The notes under the pieces: generated by a model
Told to the model about the DNA's origin: nothing
The model's input: only the letters and a program-made list of their open reading frames with translations
Databases searched by the model: none
In this document: positions 13,416 to 28,129 of the stretch, piece after piece
Position numbering within the stretch: position 1 is the first letter of the stretch
Layout of the letters: every line of letters starts with the position of its first letter
Translations under genes and position numbers: made by a program
Origin: Ruditapes philippinarum
Lineage: Eukaryota
Reading direction: 5' to 3'
Length of the DNA: 64,000 nt
Assembly (NCBI RefSeq): GCF_026571515.1
Contig: NW_026859650.1
Coordinates: 496,001 to 560,000, forward strand

Positions 13416-14543
13416 TATTAATAATTTACAGATATATGAACATATGTACAGATATAATATACAAATACAGATAAATAATATAAATACATAATTATATATA
13501 TTATAAACATGTATACCGAGCAATTTCATTTGCTATTTGATTGACTTATCATGATTTTCATTCTAGAAGTACAAAATATATTTTATTAAAATTGATATAC
13601 TGATTATACTTTTTTTCGCAATTTCAGCGTTCTAGTGAGGAAAAGTAAACAAAAAACGTATGAACTTAACATTTATACAACAATGCTATATTTAGAATTA
13701 CTTTTCTAAATATCAAAAGGTAGCATAAACCAGATACAGGGCAGGAAAAAAATTCACTCCAACAACGTTCTGCACGACATGGAGTCTCCATCAAAATGTC
13801 ATGTTATGCAATATAAGTTTAAACACATTTCCAATGTGGCTGCAGTTTTTGTTTGTTTGCTTTGGTTGACAAGGATTTCAAACATATTCTGCTCTTTGTT
13901 TTAACCATTGTATATGTAAATGGACCTCATTGAAATCGAATTTAATGTAATTATTTGCAATGTAATTGAACAAAATAATTACGGTAATGTTCGATTTGTA
14001 TTTGAAGTACTAGACATAATCGCGTTTGCGCGATTTGACTTCCTATAAAGTGTATTATGGGTAGCACGACATTGCTTAGTACATACTATAGAACCTGCGT
14101 TGCAATTAAAACATAAATTTTGAATGTATATACATGCATGTGTTTTATAGCAGAATACCATTATGAAAATCGTGCCCGTGTTAAAATCAATGTGACTGTG
14201 TGTGTTAAAAAGAAAATATAAATGTGTTTAAAATACCATAATTATACATTTTGTTGCAAGGTATTTTCAAAGTAGTAAACCTTCTATATATATGTTGAAT
14301 TAATTTTCTACATTGTGAATTATTTTCTATTCTGTATTGTAAAACAAACTGTGAGTTTACTTAGCTGTTGCAAAAATTATTCCTCAATAACATTGCCATT
14401 TTCTGTGAGCTTTTTCTCAAGCTTGTAATTTTGTGTTGCGTAACATATTTTTGTGTTGTTAGATAATTTTCTGTGTTAATTAACACAAATATTATTTTTG
14501 TATTATTGGCCAAAAATGATGAAGAACTGATGAACTAACTTAC

Positions 14544-14772
14544 CAGGCCTTTAGGAGCATTTCGTCTGAAGAAAGCTTTACATGATTCACATGAAATAGC
14601 GTCAAAGTTGTATCCAAGAGCTCGGTCCCCACAAACCCCACAGTATTTGTCCTCCTTATTTTTACGACTTTTATGCATTGGTTCAATGCCATTGTAATCT
14701 GGTCTCAGGTCCATGGGTCTGTACGGGTTGGGAATTCCGTCTCCATACCCGTTACTGTTCGAGTCCTCAAAA
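14544..14772 (-). CDS. NR1J: NR1J exon: A/B region and first C4 zinc finger with P-box
   Basis: Manual translation [76 protein letters not shown]. Acceptor ttttcag, donor CTG|gtaagt. 229 nt. Confidence 0.95.
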
Positions 14773-15954
14773 CTGAAAATAGAAAATCATCAGAAAATGA
14801 AGATAATTTTCCTATGAAAATCAATGGAAAAATTCTAGATTGATAAACTGTAAAATTCTATAATTTATCTATTTATTTTCATAATGGGTCGAGACCATTC
14901 AATCCATCATACTGTCAATGGTTAACAAAATTAAAACACATAACAATCTTTTTTTTTTGTAATTATGTGCTTATTTGAAAGCAACGGGGAAATTATCTTT
15001 GCAAAGGACTGAAAATTACTACATTCGTAGCTAAGTTCGTTTTTTTTGTGTGTTTTTTTTCTCCGAGTCATATTTTTTTGTCACCTACTTCTGCTTCAGT
15101 TAATGCCCAAACAAAAAATTGTGTGGGTACGTGCTTATACAAAAAGCATACTGTGCTATTATACCCCATCATGCTAACTAATACCTTATAATTTCACAGG
15201 CCGATGAGCAGGAATTACTTTTAAATATTCGGAATGGAATCTCTGATCCCGAACACGCATATTTCAATGACCTCATAACAAATGCACCTGGTGAACTCCC
15301 ATTGATCCACTACTTACACAAAGATAGCCTACGGCTTATGACCTAAATTCATGCAAATGAGGCAATCCTTCGATACAAGTAAGCGCAGAGTATACTGAGA
15401 CACTTATTCTAATATCCTATTTCACCCCTCAACAAATCATTATTTGCCAAACAAAGTATGTTTTCTCGTTTTTGCAAGGACATATACAACTAAACAAATA
15501 TTTACATTTAACAAACTGTTCACCATTAAGTCAACATTTTTCAATACATACATGGAGTCCCATGCCGAGAATCAATTAATACGTCAATGCTAAATGTTTT
15601 CCCTACAAATATATGCACATAATGAAAATATTTGCAACCCAAGTAAAAGATACATCTATCTGGTAATAGAGTGTTCTAACTAATTCCAGTTGTTAAATTA
15701 TATAATTTTTCACATTTAAAGTCTAAATTTTAAGACAATAGATGACTGGTAAATAAACACGAATTAAGGGCTGTGGAGGTATTATGATCTACATTACTAG
15801 ATCATACCTATTGTACTTGTCAGATCAGTCAGTTTAAATATTTAACCTTAAAACTTTGATACATTAATACATATATTCCTTCTCGATTAGACCAAAAATA
15901 TTATAATAGTACATTTATTTATAGATATACGGATATTTTAAATTATGTTGTTCA

Positions 15955-16200
15955 TGGTGATAATGATGATTAAGTTCATGATAATGGTGTTTTAAGTGAT
16001 ATTGTTGACGATTATAATGATAATTTGGTGATAATTAAAAGTAATAAATAATTGAAGTCATACAAGAGGGGAATTAGATGGGGAAGTTAAAACAGATGAT
16101 GATGATGATAATAATGATGATTATGATGTTGATGATGAAAATAATGATGATGATGATGACAAATATGATAACGAAGATGATGATGATAAATGATGACTTT
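15955..16200. repeat. Degenerate (GAT/ATG)n microsatellite
   Basis: Runs of gatgatgat; accounts for the spurious poly-Met ORF 16078-16272. Confidence 0.9.
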
Positions 16201-16899
16201 GAGAGCAAATTTATGATTAATATATTAAACTGTTTTTACAAAACACCATTGAATGATTTACATAAACACTAGAAGAGCTTAATCACAATAAAATACAAGA
16301 CATTGTTCCATAAACATTAGATTTATTATATATATCTTTAACTTTTTTTGTTGTTGTTAAAAACACCATTGAGATATTTAAATGAACACTAAAAGAAATT
16401 ATTCACATAATATTTAATATAACAAAAATATTTTTTTTTTCAAAAATATAATATTAAGTCTTATAAAATTTTTTAAAAGAACAATTTTTTTTATCAAGTA
16501 TACAATTAAACTCCTCTATAACTGCTAATGAATCTTCTACTCTCATATAAAAAACAACTTTACTTTCAATAAAAGTGTCATATAGGTCAAAACCATGTAG
16601 TTAAATTGCCAGTTTTCAAAAAAACAAAATCTCAGCTCAGGGTGTAAACCTGTTCCAGCAGACATGTTGAAGTAATTAGGGCCACCTGCATAGAAAACTT
16701 TTCTCTTATTAAGTGAAATACCAAGGGATGAGAATTTATAATTCCTATTTTCCATTTTTTATGAAGAATTGCAAAAGAAATATATCACTTTTAGTTTTTG
16801 AATGTAAAAAAACAACATTCATAATATTATATCGGATGATTCAGATACATTTAAGTAGCAAAGTAAAATATAAAAGAAAAGAAATTATAATGTAGTCCA

Positions 16900-17025
16900 A
16901 GAGTTAATTCCCTTTATTCAATTAACTAAAATGAGTTCACTCCCTTTATTACAAAACAAAAAGAGTTAATTCCCTTTATTCAATTAACCAAAAGGAGTTC
17001 ACCCCCCTTTATTACATAATTCCCT
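16900..17025. repeat. Tandem repeat, about 31 bp x 4 (GAGTTAATTCCCTTTATT...), in alternating A/B units
   Basis: gagttaattccctttatt and gagttcactccctttatt alternate. Confidence 0.8.
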
Positions 17026-17689
17026 CAATAATTTCAATCACCAAGATCTATAGAAATATTATTGATAAATCATAAAACTAATAGAAATTCAAATTTGTCA
17101 AAACAAGTAATTTTCACAAATATTTATTAAATATTTCTTATCTTTAGAGTCATAAAATCATCTGAACATTTAATGTGTCTACAGCAAAATCGGTTAAAAG
17201 TGCACCTTATGAAAATTCATAGAATTATTGCAATTTTGCGGTTTTCCTACTTTATCAAAATATAATAACCACAAAAAGTTTGCATTTATAATTTATAAAT
17301 TGCTTAATTAAAATATGAAAGAGATGACAGTAAATTACTTTATCTTTTATTCTGGGCATATACAAATAACTGATGAATGTAAAAGGTTTAATTATTTATT
17401 TTCTTCACTTAATTATGCAGACTGTTACATATCACAAATCTACAAATAGATCAAAACTAGAAAAATTACTTTATTGGCAACATAAATTAGATAATTCAAC
17501 ATAATTAACACTGAAATCTTATGTAACAGTATATCAATTGCTTTATCACTGATTTGGCAAAAACAACTTGAAATATTATTAATTAGTGCAGATTTATTGG
17601 TTAAAATTTGCAATGCTTCCTTTAACTAACAAGTCCACATTTAGATTTGCATTGCTTGGAAAAATTATTAAGACAAGTTTTGGATTTGC

Positions 17690-17910
17690 AATAAATAATT
17701 AATAAGACCAGATTTAGGTTTGTGATATATGGAATGATTAATAAGACCATACTATCGTTTGTAATATAAGGAATAATTAATAAGACCAGATTATGGTTTG
17801 TGATATAAGGAATAATTAATAAGACCAGATTATGGTTCGTGACATATGGAATAATTAATTATAAGGACCAGATTATGGTTTGTAATATACGGAATAATTA
17901 ATACGACTGG
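17690..17910. repeat. Minisatellite, about 39-41 bp x 5-6
   Basis: AATAATTAATAAGACCAGATTATGGTTTGTGATATA.GG repeated, with more decayed copies flanking to about 17590 and 18000. Confidence 0.9.
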
Positions 17911-18053
17911 ATTTACATTACCAATGCTTGGAACAGTTTAAAAAGTCCACAATTAGACCTGCATTCTTGGAACAATTTAAGTAAGACCGAATATACAAAT
18001 TCAACTTTTGAAACAATAATATAGAAATGCTTGTATCAGTAAGTACTAGCTTA

Positions 18054-19619
18054 TGCCCCGGTCACATATTCACGGATAATGCCACGGAAGAGCAACGGTC
18101 CAATTGTTCACGGATTACAACGGAAATGTGAAATACCGTAGTCCGCTACGGTTCCAGTACGGACACACAACGGTATGAGTACGGAGTTCGACGGATTTAC
18201 CACCAAAAGCCCCGGGAGAGACAGGGATTGTTACGGACCGACACGTTTTGATACGGAGCGACACGAATCAGGAGGGACGCACTACGGATACACTACGGTC
18301 TGCTACGGTATAAGCACGGGTTAGTACGAATAAGTACGGTCTGATACGGAGAAGAACGAATTGATACGGAGAAGAACGAATTGCCACGGATCTATACGGA
18401 CCTATTATATCCGTCCACAACCTCTTGCATGCTCAATGTCTCACAAGAAAAGAACACCTGGAAAACGAATTGCAGAGTTCAATGATTTTGGCGGAAATGA
18501 TTCGGCCTCATCGCGTCCGACCCCCGAGACATATCAGGTCTGATTATAGTGAATTTCTTGAAGGACGCCGGATCCTCAACAAGTTCGGCCATGAGAGCCT
18601 CATACTAAACATGAAGGGGTCTTCGTAAAAGCCCATCTCTAGTCAACCATTACCTCTGTCTTCTCTTACCTGATTAGATATGGACCAGTAATCATTAATG
18701 AAAAATGTTGATCAATACTGCTTCTCTTTTGATTTTAAAAGGTGCTGTTCATTTACAATTACATTAATTATCGTGAATGTTTATGTTTTAAGAATATGTA
18801 AAATGCTTGTTAATTAATCTTAGTATCACTCAAGGGCCAGCGTCCGAGGCTTATGAGACACTTCGTTTTATGTACATATTTACTTCCATTTCACAATTCA
18901 ATGGTTTGTAAAATATACTTATGCATTGTTGTACGATATTAACATATTTTTTTACCTCTATGCATGTCATGAAGCAGTTCGACCACTGCCTCCGTATTCT
19001 GAGCCATATCAATATACAGTTGCAGCCAATTAATGGCAATTATCATTTATTGAATGTTCACACAAATATCTGTTTTGAACAAGCAGGCAGTAAAAAGTAC
19101 ATGATACTTAATTTATCCGTACTAAACAGTGGTGGACCGTACCATTCCGTACCGTTTCGTGATGCAACGCAATAAACCGTAAAAGACCGTGCTAATCCTT
19201 GCCTCTCCGTAGTAGAGCGTATTACGATCGTGGCTTTCCGTGATAATGCCGTATTAATCCGTATTAAAACCGTAGCTTATACGTAGGGTAACCGTACACA
19301 TACGTAGTTCTCCGTACCAAACCGTGGACAAGTTGGGGCCTACGAATCAGTACGGACTAGAACGGTTTACGTACGGACAAGTACGTATCAGTACGGTTTA
19401 ATACGGACTAATAGGGATACGCTACGGTTGGTTTTTCCGTAGCAAATTTTTGTGCATGTTCAAAAATTGTCAAGGATCGCTACGGATATACAAGGAATAC
19501 TACGATTGATCACGGTTACAATACGGAGAGCTACAGACCAGTACGGGTAACTACTGACGATGCCGAAATTAATCCGTGGCTCTTCCGTAGGCGTTTTCCG
19601 TGAATATGTGACCGGGGTA
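18054..19619. mobile_element. Non-autonomous PIF/Harbinger-type DNA transposon, 1566 bp
   Basis: Imperfect TIRs of about 46 bp (T[G/A]CCCCGGTCACATATTCACGGA...ACGGAAGAGC.ACGG). 3-bp TTA TSD at 18051-18053 and 19620-19622. Subterminal arms are saturated with ACGG/CCGT motifs. Confidence 0.88.
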
Positions 19620-20889
19620 TTATTGAAAATAATAAACAGGTGCTAAAAAACGTTTCAAATTTTACAATCAGTGATGACGAAAACTGCAAATAACTAATAG
19701 CAAAGTTATCATAAATACTGAAAAGAATTTGATCAAACTTTACGATACGTCATCCCACCTGATGGCTGTCAAAGTGTAAAGAAAATCTTGACTATAAATA
19801 GTAACAATTGTTGAAAAATGCCTCTATTAGGGGCTTATCGAAATAAGATAGAATCTTTGTCAAGTGCAAAATATAAATATATAAAAGCTCTTGTCTTCTA
19901 ATCATAAATCTATATTTAATAATATCTACTTTTTTTTAACTAAATTTAACCGCCCGTCATAGTTTAACAATACCCCACGAAAACAATTCAATCATTACAT
20001 CTTACAAATATGGCGGTATACAAACATTTGTACCGACTGAACTCTAAACTACATGCTCGACAACTTTGACACACAATCCAAGTGTCTTAATATACAGGCG
20101 CATACGTTTAAGATACGTCCGTAATACAATAAAAACATGACAAAAGAAAACCCAACTCAAACCATTGTACAAAAATGTAAATATCATTTGGACATGGAAG
20201 ACAAATTATGTAAATTTTTCAGCCCAGTCTATTTAAAGATATTTAAATCGCGATGCTAATTTGATTGATCAGGAAATTGTATATTATAAAAATTATTTTT
20301 CAACTGAATCCACTTGTCTTTAAGCTAGGGTGATCACTACATCAAATGGCATACAATAACAAACAAGGACCCCGAACTTCATTTAAAGCGTTCAAATTGC
20401 ATCGCCTCAATTAAAACTATTCATCACATCTATCGCAATTAACATTAATACTTTATATAATTAAAATTAGCGAATGTAAATGACGTCCATGCTGTCTGTA
20501 ACAGTTTATAGATTTTACTACGTTAATCAACAATCCATAATAATTAATATATACAAGATTATAAAAAATCTAATTTACTGTTATTAGCGTTTGCATAATC
20601 TGTAAACGCGACATCAATAAAGGCCCTTTGTAACAAACCTCATAATCGGCTTCAAAAATACCAAACATTTGCAAATAAAGGGCAAAGATTGCAGGAAATT
20701 AAAACGAAAGAGAAATAAATAAGTTTTCTTGCGGCATTAATTGGATGGTAATAGATAAAACAAAGCCAATAAATGACAAAACAAGGGTAGACAAATCAAA
20801 TGGATACCAGTATCGTAATTAAAATTCAAAAATTACATTCCAGACCATATTTAAAAGCAAATTGTTTCCAAAGAGGACCAATCAAATTC

Positions 20890-20953
20890 AAGTTTCTGAT
20901 CTGCCGACTGGGCTACATCGAAGTTTCTCAGATCTGCCGACTGGGCTACATCG
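20890..20953. repeat. Local tandem duplication, 31-33 bp
   Basis: AAGTTTCT(CA)GATCTGCCGACTGGGCTACATCG twice. Confidence 0.9.
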
Positions 20954-23900
20954 ACAATCGTGTCTCTTAACTTCTAAAAAGCTCAGCTCAACTATGTAGC
21001 ATAGAAAACATATATTTCTCCGTCTTGATTAGACTACTTGATAGGAATTCATCTAAATACCTACCACACACAACATAATGTTTATTATACATAACCAACC
21101 GACCCAATATTTATAATACACCTTTCATAAGGTAAACAAAAATATGCACTTTGGTATGATACCACACTTTGATAATATGTAACATTTTGTAAGAGTAACC
21201 CTGAGGCTGTAAGATATAATGGCCATGTCTGTGTCAGTAAGTGTATTTTATGGTCAGGTAAAATAACTTGGCCAACTTGCAATTTGCTTACTTCCGCTAT
21301 ACAAACCAAATGAAACAAAGACTTAGGTATTTTACATTCTCTCTAAAACAAAATAAATGTATATGGCATTAATTTTGTTAATTCAGGTAATCACTATTCT
21401 AAATCATACAATTTGACTTCTTCCATTTTTGCAATAAAAAAAGGTTTTGTCAGTTACCTAATCCAGTTTAAATGTTTACCCTTCTTACAATAAACATGAA
21501 CATTGAATTTGCTTTTTAGGGGGGAGTTGAGCCTCAGAGAACAACAAGTATTGCTACTTATATAAGTACAATGTACCAATCTTAGATGTGAATGCCCTAC
21601 TGGCAACATGTCACCTTATAACGATCGAGAACTTCAAAAGAACCCGAGCTATAATCTGACAACAAAGATATCTTCCCACTTATATGATTTAATACTAAAG
21701 CAGCATCGTAAGAACATTGCTGCGCTATAGATTCATCCAACATTTCCACATGAGCAGATTTCCCAATTAAGTTATATTGATCATGTTCTTGTCACCAACT
21801 AATTCAATAGAGCCATCACGATTGTCAACCGGCATCAATATACCTGGCTGCATTAAAATCTATCATGATTTCCACTCAATATTCAATATCCATGCTCCAA
21901 TGCAAGGAAGCAAAATTGCTGGCATGCATGTACTGCACCAGATTGCACTGAAATGCACACTCTCTAGAAGTTCTCTAAGTTCTAAGTTCCTTGAAATGTA
22001 AGCATTTATGAAAATGATTGCCAATAGAATTCACAGGTAAAAACACCGGCACAAATTTTGCAACAAACACAGAGAGTTCGTTTGTATAATTGCGAATATC
22101 ATAATTAAAATGCTTAGTTCTTATCATAAACTCAGAGGTACTGTTGATTTAGAATTTAATTACAGATTTCAACATTTAACTGCATATCTGCAAGCTAAAG
22201 TCCATGCTGCGCTTTATTGAAACATTTCTTTGCAAAGGAAATGTATTTATGCAATAATGGTTCTTTTCAGGACCTAAGGGACTTTTGTTTTCCCATAAGA
22301 TTTTATTTTTAAATAAATAAAGCTATAATATGTAATGATACATTTGTATCAAATTTATAAACATTAAAATTATGTTGTTTCTGAAAAGTTATGGTTGATT
22401 CTTTAAAGACTTGTTACAGACATTGTCCCCATTAATATTTAACGCATGAAAATTGTCCATAAACTTTATGAAATGTTCCAGAACAAAATATTATTTACTA
22501 ACTTGAAAAGGATTTTTACCATTTAGCAATAATTCTGTGCCTGCGTCATTTGCTCTTCAGGAAATAGACAAACATATTTCTTTCATATGGGTATTTTTGG
22601 AAGTATTCTTTTTCAGAATCAAAATAAAAATTTTTTTTGCAGCAAATATATCATAAGCTTTATACACTTTAATCTTCCATTCAAATTTGTTTCTAAAGGT
22701 TTGACTTTGAAATTAATTCTACTTATTTCAGTTTAACAAGCAATGTTACTTCTACTTATTAAATGTTTCCTTTTTTTCTTTTGTATCAAAAGCTAATTAC
22801 AAGACAAAAGTCATACACTGGAAATGTCATTCATAAATGTACTCATCCCTTTTCAGACTCTTCACTTTTTTGAAAAGAGAACCTTGTGTTTCAAAGTTCA
22901 AAGAATGCAAGAAATTTGATACAACTTAACTTAATTATAGTGGAGTAAAAACAGCCCCCTGTCTAATACCAGATTTCGCTAAATTCTTTTTATGTAAACT
23001 TAGATTAAATGAGGCTAATTTAGGAATTGGTAAAAGGCATGAAGACACTGATAAACAGTCTCTAATTTCAAATGCCAAGTGATTGACTTCATTAAACACT
23101 CATTTTTTCACTCAAGAGAACATCATCTTGGGGGAGATTTTAATTCTGGTTTTTCTATCCTGTGAATTAAACCAGTTATTTTCATTGATCTTTCTGCCTA
23201 ACATTCAATCAACTTCAGACACATCTTTTTTCTTCTAATTAGGTGACTTCTGCAAAGTTGCATCAATTTTCTGTTACTAACTTATATGCTTCCTTAACAC
23301 TGACATGAATGATTTCAAAAACAATAAATCAATTAAACCTGTGACAGGATTTCCATTTAAGCTATATATCATGTGCAAACAGACTCCACATATAAATGTG
23401 AAAATGAACAGAGCATATTTTCTTTAATTTAATTTCCAGTCTTTAAGCAAATATTCTCTAAATAGACCAATAATCAGGTACCTGATGTTTTAAGGTCACA
23501 TGGAGCGGGACATCTGGTAAACTTGTGAACAAGATTTCTGTAAGTTCGATAAGTGCTTTCTCAGACATACGATGCCTGCATTGCTTTGGAGTTTGGCTTA
23601 AACAGATCAAAACTTAGCGCTTCGTCAGCTTTGCTAATCTTCTGGGATAATTGAATAAATACTAACGCAATAACAAACCTTTTTGCTAGATAAATTTTTG
23701 TTTTTACAACAAACTGTAACAGATAACAATTTATTACGCCAATTTTGAAAATAGATTGCTTCTTTTCCATCAATTTTCATTTCAACTGCAGTAAATTTAT
23801 TTAAGTTTGAAAAATTTATAGCTGCCGTGCACACAAACAGATGTTTAAAGTGTATTTTCCTATTGGAAACTTAAAAATCATCAAATTTGACTTGTGTGTG

Positions 23901-24648
23901 AAACTGCCTTGATAAAAATGACACCATACTTAAACTGTTTGAATCTTTTATTAGTTAAAAATTTGAAATTAATCAAAATGTTGAAGAAAAAAACAACACC
24001 TCTTGACACAAAATTCCATCATCATAAAATTTTCATTTCCATCACAAAAACTCAATCTTTTTATCAAAAATTAGAAGACTAAATTTTAAAAACTATTAAA
24101 GTTTGCACAGTATATAATGACATGTTTCAGATTATTACCATTCAAAACCTGAGAACATAATCATCACAAAAGAAGTTATAAACCATCATCTTATGCTAAG
24201 AAAAAGAGAGAGATTTTTATCATGCTTTATAGTACATAACAACTTAATTCTATATGTTGAAGATTGAGGTTGAACAAGGTTCTTTTTTTTCCCCTTCTCA
24301 CAAAATGGCTAAATAACTCAACAATACATGTCAAGCACAAGTCGTATTCAGATACCATCTCCTTTCGTTTCAAAAAGATTTCGCAGATAATGTCACCGAT
24401 TGAAAAATTTAAGAGATTATAGATATCAAAAACTAACAAATTATATGGCAGCATTCAATAGAGTCAATCATAACTTTACAGGCTGAAGTGAAACACTTGT
24501 ATGTTTCACTACCTAGTGTTCAATTTCTTTTAAAATTACTGACAATACCACACACAGACATTTTTCTTTCTTTTTCGGTTGTCACTGAGTCCTGAAAGAG
24601 CTTATAATGCACTGCTCTCAGACCGACATCTTTGAAAAGCTGGTTTAT

Positions 24649-24872
24649 TTAACCCTAACCTTACTTAAATATCTTAAATGAACTTGTCCATCTTTCATTC
24701 TGGACAAAACCATTCATTATTTTAAGGGGAAAATTTTAAAATAGTTCTAATGTGTACTAGAAACGTAACACATCCATGAACTTAATCCAGATTGCGATAG
24801 AAATGACGAGGCTATAATCTATTATGATAATGACACTGTAGTCAAGGGGGATAGAATTGTTAGCCAGCAGGT
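24649..24872 (+). mobile_element. Degenerate TTAA/CCCT-terminated MITE (piggyBac-like ends)
   Basis: Starts TTAACCCT...AATGAACTTGTCCATCTTTCA.T.TGGACA, resembling a recalled abundant bivalve MITE. Related remnants near 28850-29050 and 53890-54040. Confidence 0.55.
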
Positions 24873-26574
24873 AGTATAGTAACTCCTATGCTACAAAATG
24901 ATTACATTTTGTTGAGGCTTACGAACTAAATTCAAACAAATGAAGAAAAACGCAAAATGAATACTCTTACATTCTACCTTTGCTTCGGTATTCAGCTTGT
25001 TATTAGAAAAAGAAACATCCTTTTACATATTTTTACGTTTTTGTTTTTCAGTTTTTAAGTATTTTTAACCAAATGATGGAAATATATACACACATCTATA
25101 TATATAAACAAACAGCAAACAACCAACCAGAAAAAAAACATACAAAGTTAGTAGATTTGATTTATTATTACGAGATATCTTTGCATTAAAGGGCGAACAT
25201 AACAATCTGGAGATATTCTCACTTTTTGTTGATTTTTATCGAATCAGGCTCTCGTCTTTATTATATTCTTAGAGATTTAACATACTTTTCAATAAAGGCA
25301 CATAAAATGTACCCCAGGCTGTAATCCCAACTTCAAGAAAGGATTAGCTTTGCCGACCAGCAAGTTAATAATTTACTGCATATTATCATCCTCGGATCTT
25401 TATGCATTCTGCCACTCATCATTATATTTCATCATACCATTATTATAGTCCATCGATATAAGGTATATACTTCGACTTCTTAATACAGGAAATTTAGTGT
25501 ACATTAGAGCCAACGAGATCCATAAATTGTTTTTATATTTTTTTGGGAATTAACAATGACAAAACAATATTATTCTCAGATCATATTACTAAAATATACC
25601 TTAGCTCAAGAAGCTCTAAATGTTAAATAAATAAGTTTTATGCTAAAAATTAACTGGACAAATCATAATGGCTCTCCTTGTAGTCATACACAAATCGGAT
25701 ACGCACAGACTTATAATTCTTACACGACTAAATTACCATAGAGGGCAAGTTGAATTTTGTAACCTGTATACTATGAGATCCCTACAGAATCCAAAACCAC
25801 CCAACAAAACTAGCATGCGCTAATTAAGAAACAGAATAATAATGTTATGTCTTAAAAAAATTTCCCATTTCACAATAAACAAGGACAAAAGTGAATGTAC
25901 AATATACTTGTAAATTGAAATAATTTTGTTATCGAGCAATAGTCACATAATTTTCGACTGTTTATAGAAGGACAGTTGAATCTGATCGATATGATGGCAT
26001 GTGACATCAGTCATATGAGCTTGATCTTTTCAAAAATGTCTTTCCTACTTCATGATATGCGTTGCGAACTTTCTCCATTTTTGAAAACTGCTTAACCTAA
26101 TCAAATATATTCAAACATGTCAGAAAAAAGAGACAGACCATATATATTTCTGTCAATCCGCGTTTCTTAAGCTTTTAACCACCCACCCTTTATGTGCATT
26201 AAAAAACACTTAATTGCAATTACAAATATTCAGCAGCAAATATAGATAAAATAAAGAAAATTGTTCTCTAAACTTAAAAATCTGTGAAAATAACAAACCA
26301 ATTTGCACGTGTTTAAAATTCCCAAGATATAATAGCGAATAGTTCTATATTCCGCTACTCTTTGAAAGATACTCAAAGCCCTTACTATGAGAAACCAGAT
26401 ATATCTTGAAAAATCTTGGCTGTGAAAGACTACTGTCTGCTTTGTTGCAATAAAATGCATGTTATATGACTAGAAAATGTTGGCGAAATAATAGATATAC
26501 CACCTTCCTTTCGTCAGACAAAATAAAACCTATCCAAAATATAGGCGTGCAAAAATAGTTTAGACAAAAGATGT

Positions 26575-26825
26575 TTTTTATCTTACAAATTTCTTTACTC
26601 TGACATTCTTGGACATTAAAGTGATCTGAAATTGCAATAGCACACCTTATTACTCACACCTAAAAATGTTAACTTCCCTTCTATTACCCAAAAATTAATA
26701 ACATCCATAAAGTTATAGGGTCCGAGTATACATACACTGTCTACAACAATTTTTGAACCCTTCCTTGATACATATACATAGTTTTTTTCTTACAAATTTG
26801 TTTAATCTGACATTCTCGGACATTA
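26575..26825. repeat. Dispersed direct duplication of about 44 bp
   Basis: TCTTACAAATTT.TTTA.TCTGACATTCT.GGACATTA near 26581 and 26788. Confidence 0.75.
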
Positions 26826-28129
26826 CAGTCGAAAGCGTAGTTCAACACTTTTTCTACATCGCAAAATACCCTAATATATCTATCTTATTTTTGTTGTTTA
26901 CATTATTTCTTTATAATTTTTCTTAGAACCTTTTGCTCCCCCAGAACTTCAGTCAGAGAAATCATTATCAATTCACATTATCATTAGAGAATGAATATTC
27001 AGTAAGTTTGTTTGGTTTAGAAGCACTTTAAAATAAAATTGAATCTGAGGCAATCATTTACTTAAAAAATTGATCGCCTTGTATATACAGTACATTTCTA
27101 CAACAGACTACCAACACCTATATAATTACAACACTAGTTTAATTCTAGATAGGCTATGCTCATTAAAGCCCGGAGATAGTTTATTTCATATATCATGGGT
27201 TTACTATGTGAGAAATGAAAAATACAATATCATTTGACCCAGTTACTTTTAAATACAGATTGGGTCTCGTATTATTTTGTCACCTTTAAGAATCATGATT
27301 GACTATATCCCAATTTAAAAACTTGTAGTTCATAATTACTAAAGTTCGCCATCAATTAGGTATGCCATCAAGAATTAGCTGTTCTAGTTTTCAGAAAACA
27401 AAATATTACCGATATATTTTAATATTGCTAAATTACTCTGAAATGTATGAAAAAGAAAAAAAAACATTTTAATTTTTCATTAGTAGCTGCCTGGATCATT
27501 CTGAAATTCAATATTAAGAACAATTTTGTGAATTGTTTTATGAGCCCAATTAAACAATCTAGTGAGATAGAATGCGGGCATGATACATAGTCTCTGCCTT
27601 CACCTGTTCACCTCAAGAAAAAGTTCTTTTAATTGTCTCATAACAAACTACCTGTGAATATTTCTCATTAAATGAATTTATGAGGATGAGTCTTATTTTT
27701 AATAAAATCACCACAATAAACATCAATAAAATAAAGTTTCGCTGTCTTTACAAATCCACATTAATGTGTAATGCCAATGACTTAGTAAGAAATTAACTCA
27801 TACACACCTCTGTCCATATTACATGTTGTGGATCTAAAGTACAATCCTATAATGGAGTTTGATGAATTATGGATCGATAAATAATACCAGTTTCTCAATA
27901 AGAAATCTAAGTTCAAGGATTCATAAATTCGACAATAGTATTGCTAGCATTAAATTTATCCTTCTCAAAAAATCGATTTAAAAAGAAAGAAAATAATGAA
28001 GTTTGAAGATAAACAACCTTAAGAAATTAAAGAATATTAAAAAAACGAACATCTTTTCCTCCTAAGAAACAACTTATAAGTTCAAGGGATGTTTGAGGAG
28101 TAATACTAAAATTTTTTTTTTGCTAGATA

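Noticed and set aside
16078-16272. Poly-Met ORF
   Set aside because: Microsatellite artefact.
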